In this document: in pieces, positions 7,368 through 18,330 of the stretch
Layout of the letters: each line of letters starts with the position of its first letter
How positions within the stretch are numbered: the first letter of the stretch is position 1
Origin: Paludibacteraceae bacterium
GTDB lineage: Bacteria; Bacteroidota; Bacteroidia; Bacteroidales; Paludibacteraceae
DNA length: 43,412 nt
Assembly (NCBI GenBank): GCA_031553685.1
Contig: JAVBLE010000033.1
Location: forward strand, 1-43,412
Reading direction: 5' to 3'
The notes under the pieces: model-generated
The model's input: only the letters and a program-made list of their open reading frames with translations
Database searches by the model: none
What the model was told of the DNA's origin: nothing
Program-made: the position numbers and the translations under genes

Positions 7368-9656
7368 ATGCCATTCGATTTACCCATTATCCAAAAATTC
7401 TACCACGAATTACCCAAAGCCATAACCAACGCCAAAGAGCAACTGTTGCGACCGCTCACATTAAGCGAAAAAATACTATACGCCCACCTGTCCAAAGAAA
7501 GTGAGGGGGTAACTCAAAGCTACCCCCTCATTAAACCCTATAAGCGTGGCTCGGACTATGTCCTTTTCGCCCCCGACCGCGTGGCGATGCAAGACGCCAC
7601 CGCACAAATGGCATTGCTCCAGTTTATGAACGCAGGAAAACCACGAACCGCCGTGCCCACTACCGTGCATTGCGACCACCTCGTGCAAGCCGACAACGGC
7701 ACACTCAAAGACCTGCCACGCGCACTCAAACAAAACGAAGAAGTATATAACTTCCTGCAAACCGTTTCGGCAAAATACGGCATTGGCTGCTGGAAAGCCG
7801 GAGCAGGTATTATTCACCAAGTGCTGTTGGAAAACTACGCTTTTCCGGGCGGAATGATGATTGGTACAGACTCGCACACCGTGAATGCCGGCGGATTGGG
7901 CATGATAGCCATTGGCGTAGGGGGTGCCGATGCTGTCGATGTGATGGTAGGCATGCCTTGGGAACTCAAAATGCCAAAGCTGATTGGCGTAAAACTAACC
8001 GGCAAACTCAGCGGCTGGGCAGCGCCCAAAGATGTGATACTGAAACTCGCCGGAATGCTTACCGTAAAAGGAGGAACAGGCTGTATTGTCGAATATTTCG
8101 GCGATGGCGCGCACACGCTTTCGTGCACCGGCAAAGCAACCATTTGCAATATGGGCGCCGAAATCGGAGCCACCACTTCTATCTTTGCCTACGATAAAAA
8201 AATGAGCGACTACCTTCGCGCCACCAAACGCAAAGAAATAGCCACCCTCGCTGATGCTGTTGCCGAACACCTGCAAGCCGATTTTGAAGTAGAGCAACAC
8301 CCCGAGAAATATTTCGACCAAGTCATCGAAATTAATCTGTCGGAAGTCGAACCCTATATCAATGGACCTTTTACGCCCGACTTGGCAACGCCGATTTCCG
8401 AATTTGCAGCATTTATCAAGGAAAATAATTATCCGCCCGTGCTCGAAGTCGGTCTGATTGGCTCGTGTACCAATTCGTCGTATCAGGATATGATGCGGGC
8501 GGCTTCGGTGGCTCGTCAGGCAAAAGACAAGAAGCTGGAGGTAAAAGCACAGTTTATCGTTTCGCCCGGTTCGGAGTTGGTGCGCTACACTGCCGAACGC
8601 GATGGGCTGTTGAACGATTTTAACAACATCGGGGCAATGCTTATGGCAAATGCCTGCGGTCCTTGTATCGGGCAATGGAACCGGCACAACAACCCCGACC
8701 GCGAAAACAGTATCATCACTTCGTTTAACCGCAACTTTGCCAAGCGAGCCGACGGAAACCCGAAAACACACAGTTTCGTAGCCTCGCCCGAAATCGTTAC
8801 CGCATTGACCATTGCCGGTTCAATGACATTCAATCCGCTCAAAGATTATTTAAAAAATACGGATGGCGAGTTCGTCATGCTCGACGAACCCCAAGGCGAC
8901 GAACTTCCTGCCAAAGGTTTTGATGCCGAAGATTTAGGTTTGATCGCACCCCCTGCTGATGGCAGTTTGATAGAAGTAACCGTAAACCCCGACAGCGACC
9001 GCCTGCAACTCCTTACGCCTTTTGCCGAGTGGGATGGCAACGAAATTCCTACCATGTCGCTGCTTATCAAAGCCAAAGGCAAATGCACCACTGACCATAT
9101 CAGCATGGCGGGCAAATGGCTCAACTATCGGGGGCATTTGGACAACATTTCCAACAACCTGCTGATCGGCGCTGTCAATGCCTTCAATGAAGAAACAAAC
9201 AAGGTGTACAACAGCATTTCCAATAAATTTGAGGCGGTGCCCGACTCTGCCCGTATCTATCAAAAAGCAAACATTCCAACCATCGTTATTGGTGATGAAA
9301 ACTACGGCGAAGGCTCCTCGCGCGAGCATGCCGCCATGGAACCCCGCCATTTGGGCGTGCGTGTGGTGTTGGTCAAATCCTTTGCCCGCATACACGAAAC
9401 CAACCTGAAAAAACAAGGTATGCTCGCCCTCACATTTGCCAACAAAGCTGATTACGACCTAATCCGCGAGGACGATACTTTTGAACTTTCCGGTTTAACG
9501 CACTTTGATCCAAATAAACCGTATTTTACCATGAAAATAAATCATATTGATGGAACAAGTAACATAATTCAAGTAAACCACACTTACAATCAAAGCCAGT
9601 TCGAGTGGTTCAAAGCCGGTAGTGCGTTGAATTTGATTCGGAAACAAAATGGATAA
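7368..9656 (+). CDS. acnA: Aconitate hydratase (aconitase family, about 760 aa)
   Basis: Fe-S ligand motifs [11 protein letters not shown] and [11 protein letters not shown], and the swivel domain region [14 protein letters not shown]. Confidence 0.92.
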   Translation: MPFDLPIIQKFYHELPKAITNAKEQLLRPLTLSEKILYAHLSKESEGVTQSYPLIKPYKRGSDYVLFAPDRVAMQDATAQMALLQFMNAGKPRTAVPTTVHCDHLVQADNGTLKDLPRALKQNEEVYNFLQTVSAKYGIGCWKAGAGIIHQVLLENYAFPGGMMIGTDSHTVNAGGLGMIAIGVGGADAVDVMVGMPWELKMPKLIGVKLTGKLSGWAAPKDVILKLAGMLTVKGGTGCIVEYFGDGAHTLSCTGKATICNMGAEIGATTSIFAYDKKMSDYLRATKRKEIATLADAVAEHLQADFEVEQHPEKYFDQVIEINLSEVEPYINGPFTPDLATPISEFAAFIKENNYPPVLEVGLIGSCTNSSYQDMMRAASVARQAKDKKLEVKAQFIVSPGSELVRYTAERDGLLNDFNNIGAMLMANACGPCIGQWNRHNNPDRENSIITSFNRNFAKRADGNPKTHSFVASPEIVTALTIAGSMTFNPLKDYLKNTDGEFVMLDEPQGDELPAKGFDAEDLGLIAPPADGSLIEVTVNPDSDRLQLLTPFAEWDGNEIPTMSLLIKAKGKCTTDHISMAGKWLNYRGHLDNISNNLLIGAVNAFNEETNKVYNSISNKFEAVPDSARIYQKANIPTIVIGDENYGEGSSREHAAMEPRHLGVRVVLVKSFARIHETNLKKQGMLALTFANKADYDLIREDDTFELSGLTHFDPNKPYFTMKINHIDGTSNIIQVNHTYNQSQFEWFKAGSALNLIRKQNG

Positions 9657-9989
9657 ACCGCAAAGTTTACAAGAGTTTTTTTTGTTTTTTTATCTTAAAA
9701 AGGGTAACGATGCCAAAAATGGTTGGTGATTTTTAGAAAAATATTTTGTATAATTGCCTGGTAAAGTTGAAGAGGAAACGAGCTTTGTTGAGGAGCAACT
9801 CGTCAGCAATAAACTTTACGGATGTACAGTAAATAAGAAGGAGTAGTTTTACAACTGCTCCTTTCTCTATTTTATTGGTATCCTTTAATGGCTAAAAAAC
9901 CTATCTTTCATTGCTTTTGAAGAATAAATACCATTTGAAGGCGGACTTTTTACAATCCGCCTTCAGAATAAATTTTGAGGAAAAGTAAT

Positions 9990-10613
9990 TTACTCGACCA
10001 CAATCTTCTGTATATAGACCTTCTCGTCCGAACCTTTGACATGCAATGAATAAAGCCCGCGACCAAAACTTGCCGGCAAAGATGCTTTCGAAGCGTTCGC
10101 TTCCATGTTCGCCACTTCCATTCCTTGCATATTATACACCTTTACATTCAACGATTTGGAGTCTTGCAATTCGACCAAAATATTTTGGTTAGGCTCTACC
10201 ACTGTCGCCGATAAAATTAGTTTCGACATATCTACTTCTGGCGTGTAAAACCCGGTGGAAGCCTGCACTATAATTTTCCCTTTCATCCCCAAAGAAGCAT
10301 GCGGCTCACAAACAAAATAAATTGTACCTACCTGAGCATCTGTTAATATAATGGAAGGATTCGATTCTGTGGAAGTAAAACGGAAACCCCCGCTCAATTG
10401 TGTATTTTGATTCGCATTCCAGGTAGATTCCGACACTTGTGTGGCAGTATGTACCCCTCCAAGCGAAAATGTGATAATATCGCCCACTTTGGCTGTGGTT
10501 TCAGCCGGATTAAATGTATTAGATGCGGTTGAGTTTATTACATGGGTGGTGGCAAATGTTGCTACCGACAATAAGTAAAGGCTAAATAAGATTGTAAATT
10601 TTTTCATGTTCAA
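9990..10613 (-). CDS. Secreted type-1 copper (cupredoxin/plastocyanin-like) protein with T9SS C-terminal sorting domain
   Basis: Signal peptide; Cu ligands in YFVCEPHASLGMKG; C-terminal roughly 80 aa with ...GLYSLHVKGSDEKVYIQKIVVE, typical of the Por/T9SS CTD. Confidence 0.7.
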   Translation of the reverse strand: MNMKKFTILFSLYLLSVATFATTHVINSTASNTFNPAETTAKVGDIITFSLGGVHTATQVSESTWNANQNTQLSGGFRFTSTESNPSIILTDAQVGTIYFVCEPHASLGMKGKIIVQASTGFYTPEVDMSKLILSATVVEPNQNILVELQDSKSLNVKVYNMQGMEVANMEANASKASLPASFGRGLYSLHVKGSDEKVYIQKIVVE

Positions 10614-10759
10614 AATAATTTAATTGTTTGACAAATTTTCGATGAAATCTGCGGCAAATATATTAAATTATTTTTAAATAAAAGTATTTTGCTACTTATT
10701 TGATTAAAATAAATCATTTTTAAATTATAAGCAGTCAATAGAATTTATCTTATTTGTAA

Positions 10760-11671
10760 TCAATTCGTTATATCTCCAACAACTCCAATAACTGTCGGAA
10801 AATGATTGTTTAAAATATCCTCAAAACCTCTGATACGAACGATTATATTAAATCTTTTGGGTGGTGTATTTTTTAAATCTTCAGGGTTAATTTTAGAAGA
10901 TTCTTCAGACGAAAGATGGCTGAGTTTAGAAAAATCACTCTCTTCGTTGAAAAAAGCATACAGCTTCTTCGGATTTTCTGCCCAATCTTCGTACGGATTG
11001 TGAGATGACAAAACATTGACCGTGTCGCCTGTTGATTTGGCAACAACCAAGAACTGCACATAACCATTCCGATAATCTTCATAATCAATATTTTGCGCAT
11101 AAATTATTTGCACAACATCAGCATTCTTTAAAGCACCCGGTTGTATGTTGAAATCGTTGACCTCAAAATATTGAAACTTGTATATTGCCGGTTCTTCAGA
11201 TATGGGGCGATGGGTCTGTTTTCCTTCTTTTTCTTTTATATTATCAAGGATTGCACCGATAAAAATCCAAAAAACAACCCCGAAAATTATTCCGAAAACA
11301 AACACCTTTGTGTAATAACGATTAACCTCAGGTGGCACAGTCTGCGAACGATATGCCTGAGATTGTGGCTGTTTCGGTTGTGCGTAAGTCTGCTTGTAGG
11401 GTTGCGTAGGGCGCGGCGGTGGTTTGGGTGTAGAGTACGACTGCGTTTGCCTGTTCAGGTAATAATATAGCCGGATGTCGTATTGCCGCTTCTTCATGGG
11501 GTCTGAAAGTACTGCGTACGCCTCATGTATTTCCTGAAATTTTTCTACATAATATTGCTCGCAATTATGCCTGTCAGGATGAAATTTGAGCGCCATTTCG
11601 CGGTATGCCTTTTTTATTTCTTCGGCTGTAGCGTTATATTTTAAGCAAAGTATTAGGTAGTAGTTTTTCAT
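10760..11671 (-). CDS. J-domain (DnaJ-like) membrane protein
   Basis: N-terminal J domain YYLILCLKYNATAEEIKKAYREMALKFHPDR; a proline/Gln-rich linker; one TM segment; an unknown C-terminal domain. Confidence 0.75.
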   Translation of the reverse strand: MKNYYLILCLKYNATAEEIKKAYREMALKFHPDRHNCEQYYVEKFQEIHEAYAVLSDPMKKRQYDIRLYYYLNRQTQSYSTPKPPPRPTQPYKQTYAQPKQPQSQAYRSQTVPPEVNRYYTKVFVFGIIFGVVFWIFIGAILDNIKEKEGKQTHRPISEEPAIYKFQYFEVNDFNIQPGALKNADVVQIIYAQNIDYEDYRNGYVQFLVVAKSTGDTVNVLSSHNPYEDWAENPKKLYAFFNEESDFSKLSHLSSEESSKINPEDLKNTPPKRFNIIVRIRGFEDILNNHFPTVIGVVGDITN

Positions 11672-12022
11672 CCAAACAAAAATTTTCCAAAACTACCAAT
11701 TTTTTCCACTAAATTTGCAAACATTTTTTACCTGTTATGCATTTAGACTTTATTTGAATGTATTAAAATGATGAATTTCTATTTTTTTGGACAGAATTTA
11801 CAAAATTAACAGATAAATTTTGCCAAAGGCAAAATAAAAAACATGTAAATTCTGTTAATCCTGTCAAAAAATAAAGCTTTATTCAAAAATAATCCGCAAA
11901 TGCACAACAAGTATTTTTTCTAAATTATTTTGCAATGGTTCAGATGTTTTTGTTGTAAATAAGAAATCGTTTACTTCGTGTTAAATCTGTAAATTGTAAA
12001 TCCGTAAATTGTAAATTCATAT

Positions 12023-14689
12023 ATGATGACAGCTAAAGAAATTCGCAAATCATTCCTCGATTTTTTCGCTTCGAAAGGGCATCACATCGTGCCATCCGCA
12101 CCGATGGTGGTAAAGAATGACCCTACGCTGATGTTTACCAACGCCGGCATGAACCAATTTAAAGACCTGTTTTTGGGCAATGCGCCTATTAAATATCCAC
12201 GCGTTGCCGACTCGCAAAAATGCCTCCGGGTAAGCGGCAAGCACAACGACCTGGAGGAAGTGGGACACGATACTTACCACCACACCATGTTCGAAATGTT
12301 GGGCAACTGGTCGTTTGGCGATTATTTCAAAGAAGAAGCCATTGCGTGGGCGTGGGAATATTTGACCGAAGTGCTCAAATTAGACAAAAGCCGTCTGTAT
12401 GCCACGATATTTGAAGGCGATGCCAAAGAAAATTTGGCAAAAGATGAAGAAGCTGCCGGACTTTGGGCAAAATACCTTCCTGCCGACCGCATCATCAACG
12501 GGAATAAAAAAGATAACTTCTGGGAAATGGGTGATACGGGACCTTGCGGACCATGTACCGAAATCCATATCGACTTGCGCTCGGACGAAGAACGCGCCCA
12601 AAAACCCGGTGTGGAACTGGTAAACAACGACCACCCGCAAGTAGTGGAAATCTGGAACAATGTATTTATGCAGTTCAACCGCAAAGCCGATGGCTCGCTC
12701 GAATTGCTCCCTGCCAAACATGTGGATACCGGCATGGGCTTTGAGCGCCTTTGTATGGCTGTGCAAGGTAAACAATCGAACTACGACACGGATGTTTTCC
12801 AACCGATTATTAGGGAAATAGAGAAAATAACAGGCTATCAGTATAGTCATTCTGACGAAAGTCAGAATCCCCTTCACCAAGAGGGGATTGCGGGTCGAGC
12901 CCGCAATGATGCCCAAGAGCAGGTCGATATTGCCATGCGTGTGATTGCCGATCATATCCGCACCATAGCTTTCTCAATTACCGACGGGCAGCTGCCGTCG
13001 AATGCCAAAGCGGGGTATGTTATCCGCCGTATTTTGCGCCGCGCGGTGCGTTATGGGTATACATTCTTGGGTCAACACCATGCTTTTATGTATAAGTTAA
13101 TCCCGGCTTTGATAGACAGTATGGGTGAAGCTTATCCCGAACTTCCGGCACAAAAAACATTGGTCGAAAAAGTGATCAAAGAAGAAGAAGAATCTTTCCT
13201 TCGTACGCTCGAAACCGGAATTCGATTATTAGATAAAAATCTCCCAAAAGATGGCAAAATATTAAGTGGTGAAATAGCATTTCAATTGTACGACACTTTC
13301 GGTTTTCCTTTGGATTTGACCGAACTTATTTTGCGCGAAAACGGCATGACTGTGAATGTGGATGAGTTTAATGTGGAGATGCAAAAGCAAAAAGAACGCG
13401 CCCGCAACGCTGCTGCTGTGGAAACCGGCGACTGGATATCTGTACGCGAGGGTGAAACTCAATTTGTGGGTTATGATATGTTGGATTGTGAAGTGGAGAT
13501 CCTGCGTTACCGCAAGGTGAAGCAAAAGAACGAAGAATTGTTTCAGTTGGTGTTTGACAAAACGCCTTTTTATGGAGAAATGGGAGGACAAAGCGGTGAT
13601 TGCGGCACATTGGAATCGGACAACGAAACCATCCAAATTATTGATACCAAGAAAGAAAACGGACTAAGTATTCATATTTGCAAAAATCTCCCTAAAGATA
13701 TTACGGCTACTTTTTATGCCGAAGTAGATTTGGCGCACCGGCGCGCGGTGGAAAACAACCACACGGCTACGCACCTTTTGCATGAAGCGTTGCGCGAAGT
13801 GCTGGGCAAGCATGTGGAACAAAAGGGTTCGCTGGTAACTGCCGATTATTTGCGTTTCGACTTCGCTCATTTCCAAAAGGTAAGTGCCGAAGAACTTCGT
13901 GCGGTAGAGCGATTGGCGAACAAAAAGATACGCGAAAACCAAATCCGCGAAGAACTGCGTGAACTGCCGATTGAAGAGGCGCAACGAATGGGAGCGATGG
14001 CTCTGTTTGGCGAAAAGTACGGCGAAAAGGTGCGTGTGGTAAGATATGGTACTTCGATCGAACTTTGCGGGGGTACGCATGTGGGTGCCACCGGACAAAT
14101 CGGCTTGGTAATCGTCACTGCCGAATCGTCTATTGCAGCCGGTGTGCGCCGTATTGAGGCAATCACTGCTGAAAAAGCCGAAGCATTCGTCGAAGCGCAA
14201 CAGGACTTGCTTCGTGATGCCAAAGAACTGTTTAACAATGCGCCGAATGTGATTTCTTCCATTAAAAAAATGGTGGACGAAAATGCTGATTTAAAGAAAA
14301 AGGTCGAAGGGTTTGTGCAGGAACATATTGCTAATATTGCCAATCATTTGTCTGCACGAACTGAAAATGTGAAGGGAATTACTGTTGTCCGTCACCGGAT
14401 GGAGGCTTCGAACGATGTGGTGCGGGGTGTTGCTACACAGTTGCGCGCGAAGTTTGCCGACGAGAAATTCTTACTTGTTTTAGGTACGGAGTTTGAGGGC
14501 AAACCGTCTCTTACGGTTGCTTTGAGCCAACCGTTGGTGGATGCGGGACTGAATGCCAACACAATTATCCACGAGGCGGCTAAAGAAATTGAAGGCAACG
14601 GCGGCGGACAAGCTTTTATGGCAACTGCCGGCGGAAAAAACCCGGCTGGTATTGACCGCGCTATGAATAAGGCAGTGGAAATGATTTAG
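12023..14689 (+). CDS. alaS: Alanine--tRNA ligase
   Basis: Full-length 888 aa with conserved class II motifs: [22 protein letters not shown], the editing-domain HxxxH/CGGTHV, and the C-terminal DHHA1 GGGGG. Confidence 0.95.
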   Translation: MMTAKEIRKSFLDFFASKGHHIVPSAPMVVKNDPTLMFTNAGMNQFKDLFLGNAPIKYPRVADSQKCLRVSGKHNDLEEVGHDTYHHTMFEMLGNWSFGDYFKEEAIAWAWEYLTEVLKLDKSRLYATIFEGDAKENLAKDEEAAGLWAKYLPADRIINGNKKDNFWEMGDTGPCGPCTEIHIDLRSDEERAQKPGVELVNNDHPQVVEIWNNVFMQFNRKADGSLELLPAKHVDTGMGFERLCMAVQGKQSNYDTDVFQPIIREIEKITGYQYSHSDESQNPLHQEGIAGRARNDAQEQVDIAMRVIADHIRTIAFSITDGQLPSNAKAGYVIRRILRRAVRYGYTFLGQHHAFMYKLIPALIDSMGEAYPELPAQKTLVEKVIKEEEESFLRTLETGIRLLDKNLPKDGKILSGEIAFQLYDTFGFPLDLTELILRENGMTVNVDEFNVEMQKQKERARNAAAVETGDWISVREGETQFVGYDMLDCEVEILRYRKVKQKNEELFQLVFDKTPFYGEMGGQSGDCGTLESDNETIQIIDTKKENGLSIHICKNLPKDITATFYAEVDLAHRRAVENNHTATHLLHEALREVLGKHVEQKGSLVTADYLRFDFAHFQKVSAEELRAVERLANKKIRENQIREELRELPIEEAQRMGAMALFGEKYGEKVRVVRYGTSIELCGGTHVGATGQIGLVIVTAESSIAAGVRRIEAITAEKAEAFVEAQQDLLRDAKELFNNAPNVISSIKKMVDENADLKKKVEGFVQEHIANIANHLSARTENVKGITVVRHRMEASNDVVRGVATQLRAKFADEKFLLVLGTEFEGKPSLTVALSQPLVDAGLNANTIIHEAAKEIEGNGGGQAFMATAGGKNPAGIDRAMNKAVEMI
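12846..12912. repeat. Roughly 66-bp triple-hairpin element inserted in-frame inside alaS (encodes [22 protein letters not shown])
   Basis: Hairpins ATTCTGACGAAAGTCAGAAT, CCCCTTCACCAAGAGGGG and ATTGCGGGTCGAGCCCGCAAT. A second, reverse-oriented copy is at 37549-37610. Confidence 0.55.
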
Positions 14690-14754
14690 GATGAAAATAG
14701 AAAATGTAGAGGTGCAAAATACATCTTTGTTTAACTTTTAAAATATAAAACATT

Positions 14755-15270
14755 ATGACTTTACTTTCTGTTCTTTTTACGGTTTCGGTTTTGCTTTTAG
14801 TGGCGCAAACGATTTATTTCTTTTTGGTGGAAGATACCAATATTTACAAGAAATATACTTACGACTTGCAACAGTTTAATTTTATTTCGATCAAATCCGG
14901 GATAGCGTTTTTCTTTGGCGTAATGATCACTTTTTATGCCATTGATATTTATACACTAAATGACATTACTCTTTCGCGTATTTTGCTGGCTGTTTTTGTG
15001 GGTGTTATCACGGCATTTTCGGTTTTGGTGATATACCGCTTTATTATTATCCACCTGCAAATCCGTGCCAAGAAGACGCATACTTTCCACGAGCTTGAGA
15101 CCAAAGTGGTGTGGTACGATAATATGCAGGAGATGGGCGAAGTGGGCATTTTGACCAAGCTCGGCGTGTTGCTTGTGCCTTTTCATGCGGTGGGCAATTT
15201 CCACAATGGCGACACGGTTATCGTGAGTGGAAATTACAACAGGATTGAGAGCATCGAACTGAAGGGATAA
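14755..15270 (+). CDS. Hypothetical membrane protein (3-4 TM helices plus small C-terminal domain)
   Basis: ORF with hydrophobic segments; no recognisable motif. Confidence 0.45.
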   Translation: MTLLSVLFTVSVLLLVAQTIYFFLVEDTNIYKKYTYDLQQFNFISIKSGIAFFFGVMITFYAIDIYTLNDITLSRILLAVFVGVITAFSVLVIYRFIIIHLQIRAKKTHTFHELETKVVWYDNMQEMGEVGILTKLGVLLVPFHAVGNFHNGDTVIVSGNYNRIESIELKG

Positions 15271-15446
15271 AAACATCTTTCGTATTAATACGAGTGGCAA
15301 AAAAAGAAAAAAAATGGCTTCCGTATCAATACGGACGCTAAAAAAATTAAAATACAATATTCGTATTAGTATAGATGAAAAATGGAAAATCACCAACTTC
15401 TCTTTTCATTGTACGCTTTGTGTCTTCGTGGGAAAAATAAAACAGT

Positions 15447-16790
15447 ATGGCAAAACAAATAAAAGTAATAAAATGTCCTCAATGCGGCAGTGTGCGGCAA
15501 ACCCTGATTGGCAAGGATACTTATAAATGTAACGATTGCGGAACGAATTATTTTTTGGATAATGATGATATAAACATCAATATTAATGAAGAGAAAAAAG
15601 AACAGCCTGTAACTCCTCCTGTAAATGTAAAACCTAAAAAAGTAGGAGGGATTATTGTTATTGCTGTCATTCTTTTTTTCTTTTTCATGTCAAAGCTTTG
15701 TGGACATAAGGAAGCCGGGAAGACCAGCGGAACTTCATCGCCATCTCAAAGCAAGATAGAAGGCAGCATCAAGTTGGCAAAACTGATTGACGACCCCAAT
15801 TCGGACAATCCGATGGCGTTTATCATCGACACACGCCGGCAAGGCACAAAAGGCGAAGGCGAATTTATGGTGTTGTACGACCTGAACAAAGGCGAAATTG
15901 CGAAAGAAAAACAACTGTACGACGGAAAAGAAGCCTTTCGGTCGGTTTCTTATTATGTGTATGATTTCTTCAATTCGTGGTACTTGGAAGAGAGTATGGA
16001 TAAATCGTACACCTGTTACAAATTAGACCCCAAAAATCTGATCATCGAAAATGTGGGCGACAAGCTCGCCAAAGATTTCCCCGAATTATCTGCCAGAGTG
16101 GCCACTGTTCATAAAGACACCTATCAAGAGGCATTTGATATAATGAGCAATGATGGCGACAAATATTCTTATTCGCCTTATTCAAACAAATTATATGCTG
16201 ACGACGATGATGTAAAGGCAGATAAAACAATCCCGTTGCACAACTCGTATTATTATGGTTTTACCGAAGCGAAAAATTACACCAAGCTGCCGCAATCAAA
16301 ACGGGTGCAGTTGATTGAACTTCGATGCATATCGCAAAACAAAAAGCTGAAAGAGTTTGATCTGTCGTGGGATTACGACTCGTGGGGGCGCGGTTATGTG
16401 ATAGATGCGCTGTGGTTCAACGGAAAATATGAGTTTTCGAAAGATGTAACCCCCGATCGTAAATATTTTGGAGGCAACAGGAAGCACGACGATCATTTCC
16501 CCCGCGTTATTTATTGGAACAACAACGAGGTGATTGTGCTCATAAAAGCCAATGCCAACCCAAGCTCGACTTACAACCTACAAAGCATCAGCACAAAAGA
16601 CGGTTCGGTAAGATGGACAATCGAAACAAACTGGCAAAAGAAACTAAACGAAATCGATTTTAAAGAATACAAAAATTGTTATGTGTTAGCCGGCAAAGGA
16701 GAAAGCTATGATTTTGAATTTTACAAAATAGATAAAAACAAACCGGCACTTAAAGAATACGATATTCCACAATATCCGAAAAGACGATGA
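15447..16790 (+). CDS. Zinc-ribbon/TM-anchored protein, paralog 1 (hypothetical)
   Basis: N-terminal CPQCGS...CNDCGTNYFLDNDD zinc ribbon, one TM helix, and a roughly 330-aa extracytoplasmic domain. Its stop overlaps the start of the paralog downstream (ATGA). Confidence 0.6.
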   Translation: MAKQIKVIKCPQCGSVRQTLIGKDTYKCNDCGTNYFLDNDDINININEEKKEQPVTPPVNVKPKKVGGIIVIAVILFFFFMSKLCGHKEAGKTSGTSSPSQSKIEGSIKLAKLIDDPNSDNPMAFIIDTRRQGTKGEGEFMVLYDLNKGEIAKEKQLYDGKEAFRSVSYYVYDFFNSWYLEESMDKSYTCYKLDPKNLIIENVGDKLAKDFPELSARVATVHKDTYQEAFDIMSNDGDKYSYSPYSNKLYADDDDVKADKTIPLHNSYYYGFTEAKNYTKLPQSKRVQLIELRCISQNKKLKEFDLSWDYDSWGRGYVIDALWFNGKYEFSKDVTPDRKYFGGNRKHDDHFPRVIYWNNNEVIVLIKANANPSSTYNLQSISTKDGSVRWTIETNWQKKLNEIDFKEYKNCYVLAGKGESYDFEFYKIDKNKPALKEYDIPQYPKRR

Positions 16791-17884
16791 GCACTGTAGT
16801 AAAAAAAATCCAATGCCCGCAATGCAAAAGCACCAAATGCACCCCTTTTGGCAACGATAAATACCGCTGCGATTACTGTGGCACCGAGTTTATTTTGGAT
16901 AACGACGATGTCAATATTTTCATCAACCACAACCAAGCCCCTGCCGCCACAACTGCCCCGACGCCACCACCCGCGATAAGCGAAGAAGCCCGCCGGCGCA
17001 ATAAAAAACTGTGGAAAGTAGCCGGTTGCCTTTGGGGCGTGCTTATTGCCGTGTTTATTTTTGCTGCTATAATAGGGAAATGTAGCGAAAAATCGGACAA
17101 GCCGAAGAGTGCTGTTGCCCCCCAAACCGAAAATCGAACCATTGTGCGAGGCACTGAATTGCTCTGGAGTGTTGCCGATACGAAAGAACCACTGTTTATA
17201 GCCTTTGAGCAAGAAACAAAGAAATCCACCGGCGAGGTTGTTGCCTATAGTTTTGTGGTGAAGGAGGCTTTTACACAAAAAGAGTTGAAAAGGATTCCAT
17301 TCGAAGGAAAAGATATTCCGAAACTGGCTGTTAAAGTTATTTCAGACACCAGTATTTATGTCGTTTCAGACATGCGTACACTGTATAAATTTGATACAAA
17401 AACGCTGCAACTGACCGATGCAACCAATCATCTGAAATCACCATACGACAATCTCAAACCCTTGTACAAGGAATTTGCATCCGGCATTTCGAGCATCGAT
17501 TTTTCGCCACATAAAGGTGGATTGGTGGTCATCACAAATGATGGCAAAACCTACACTGTTTTCCTCGACACCCAAAAAATTTATACTTCAAAAGAATTGT
17601 CGAAGTTAAAATCATCACAAAATAATTTTGAGAATTTACCCCAAAAGAAACAGGAACACTTTTCAGTTTTATATCAAGATAAAAATGTAATTTTGATCCA
17701 ATATAAAAAACAGAAAGAAGCCTCTTTTGCTATAGAGCATCTCGACGCAAAAACACACCAATCAAAAGGGATAATCAGTTCTGCTTCGCAAATAACGCAG
17801 GCATGCCTCTACAAGAAAGGTTTTGTATTATTAAGCGAGAATGGAGATATTTCTATTATAGATAATAAAGATTTGGAAAAATAA
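16787..17884 (+). CDS. Zinc-ribbon/TM-anchored protein, paralog 2 (hypothetical)
   Basis: The N-terminus CPQCKS...CDYCGTEFILDNDD closely parallels the upstream gene, followed by a TM helix and an unrelated C-terminal domain. Confidence 0.6.
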   Translation: MSTVVKKIQCPQCKSTKCTPFGNDKYRCDYCGTEFILDNDDVNIFINHNQAPAATTAPTPPPAISEEARRRNKKLWKVAGCLWGVLIAVFIFAAIIGKCSEKSDKPKSAVAPQTENRTIVRGTELLWSVADTKEPLFIAFEQETKKSTGEVVAYSFVVKEAFTQKELKRIPFEGKDIPKLAVKVISDTSIYVVSDMRTLYKFDTKTLQLTDATNHLKSPYDNLKPLYKEFASGISSIDFSPHKGGLVVITNDGKTYTVFLDTQKIYTSKELSKLKSSQNNFENLPQKKQEHFSVLYQDKNVILIQYKKQKEASFAIEHLDAKTHQSKGIISSASQITQACLYKKGFVLLSENGDISIIDNKDLEK

Positions 17885-17897
17885 CTGTATGTAAAAA

Positions 17898-17918
17898 GGG
17901 CTTGAAAAGCCCGGTTTT
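17898..17918 (+). terminator. Rho-independent terminator-like hairpin GGGCTTGAAAAGCCC followed by GGTTTT
   Basis: Read directly, 14 nt after the stop of the 16787..17884 gene. Confidence 0.55.
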
Positions 17919-18272
17919 CATAACCGTGTGCAAGCATAGCGCAGCTTACAGAAACAGAATGAGAACTGTGCATCTGCCTGAAAGGCAGAACTTGCAGAAA
18001 GAAAATCCTGCCTTTCAGGCAGATGTAATGTTTATTGCATTGATACCACAGGTCGTTGACCCAATGTCATCAACTTAAGGATTAAATTGAGAAAGACTAC
18101 CGTCATGTCGACCTTGTGGAGACATCGCATAAGACTGAGAAATTGCAAATATAAGCTGACAATGCCTACTCATGCGATGTCTCCACGACGCTCCTCGTAT
18201 CCTCGTCGCTTTGGTCGACATGACGAAAGGCTTAAGTTGATGACATTGGGTCGTTGACCTGCGGTTATGAAA
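17916..18272. repeat. 357-bp nested imperfect palindrome (long-hairpin element)
   Basis: Outer inverted repeat TTTCATAACCG/CGGTTATGAAA. 31-bp arms 18049-18079 / 18231-18261. Inner arms 18101-18113 / 18214-18225 and 18116-18130 / 18172-18186. A separate 18-bp-stem hairpin lies at 17971-18027. Confidence 0.55.
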
Positions 18273-18330
18273 GTATCGCTTTTCAAGCTAAATAATTTAC
18301 TAACTTATAATACATTAGTAACGAAAAAAT

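Noticed and set aside
7476-9416. Antisense ORFs within acnA (7476..7877, 7835..8176, 7995..8771, 8934..9416) and within alaS (12322..12955, 13262..14343)
   Set aside because: Shadow ORFs in GC-richer coding regions opposite genes with unambiguous conserved motifs.
14755-15270. NfeD-like annotation for the membrane protein (by analogy with NfeD-stomatin pairs, given the SPFH gene nearby)
   Set aside because: The C-terminal segment lacks the GExWxA OB-fold pattern of NfeD, and the gene is not adjacent to the SPFH gene.
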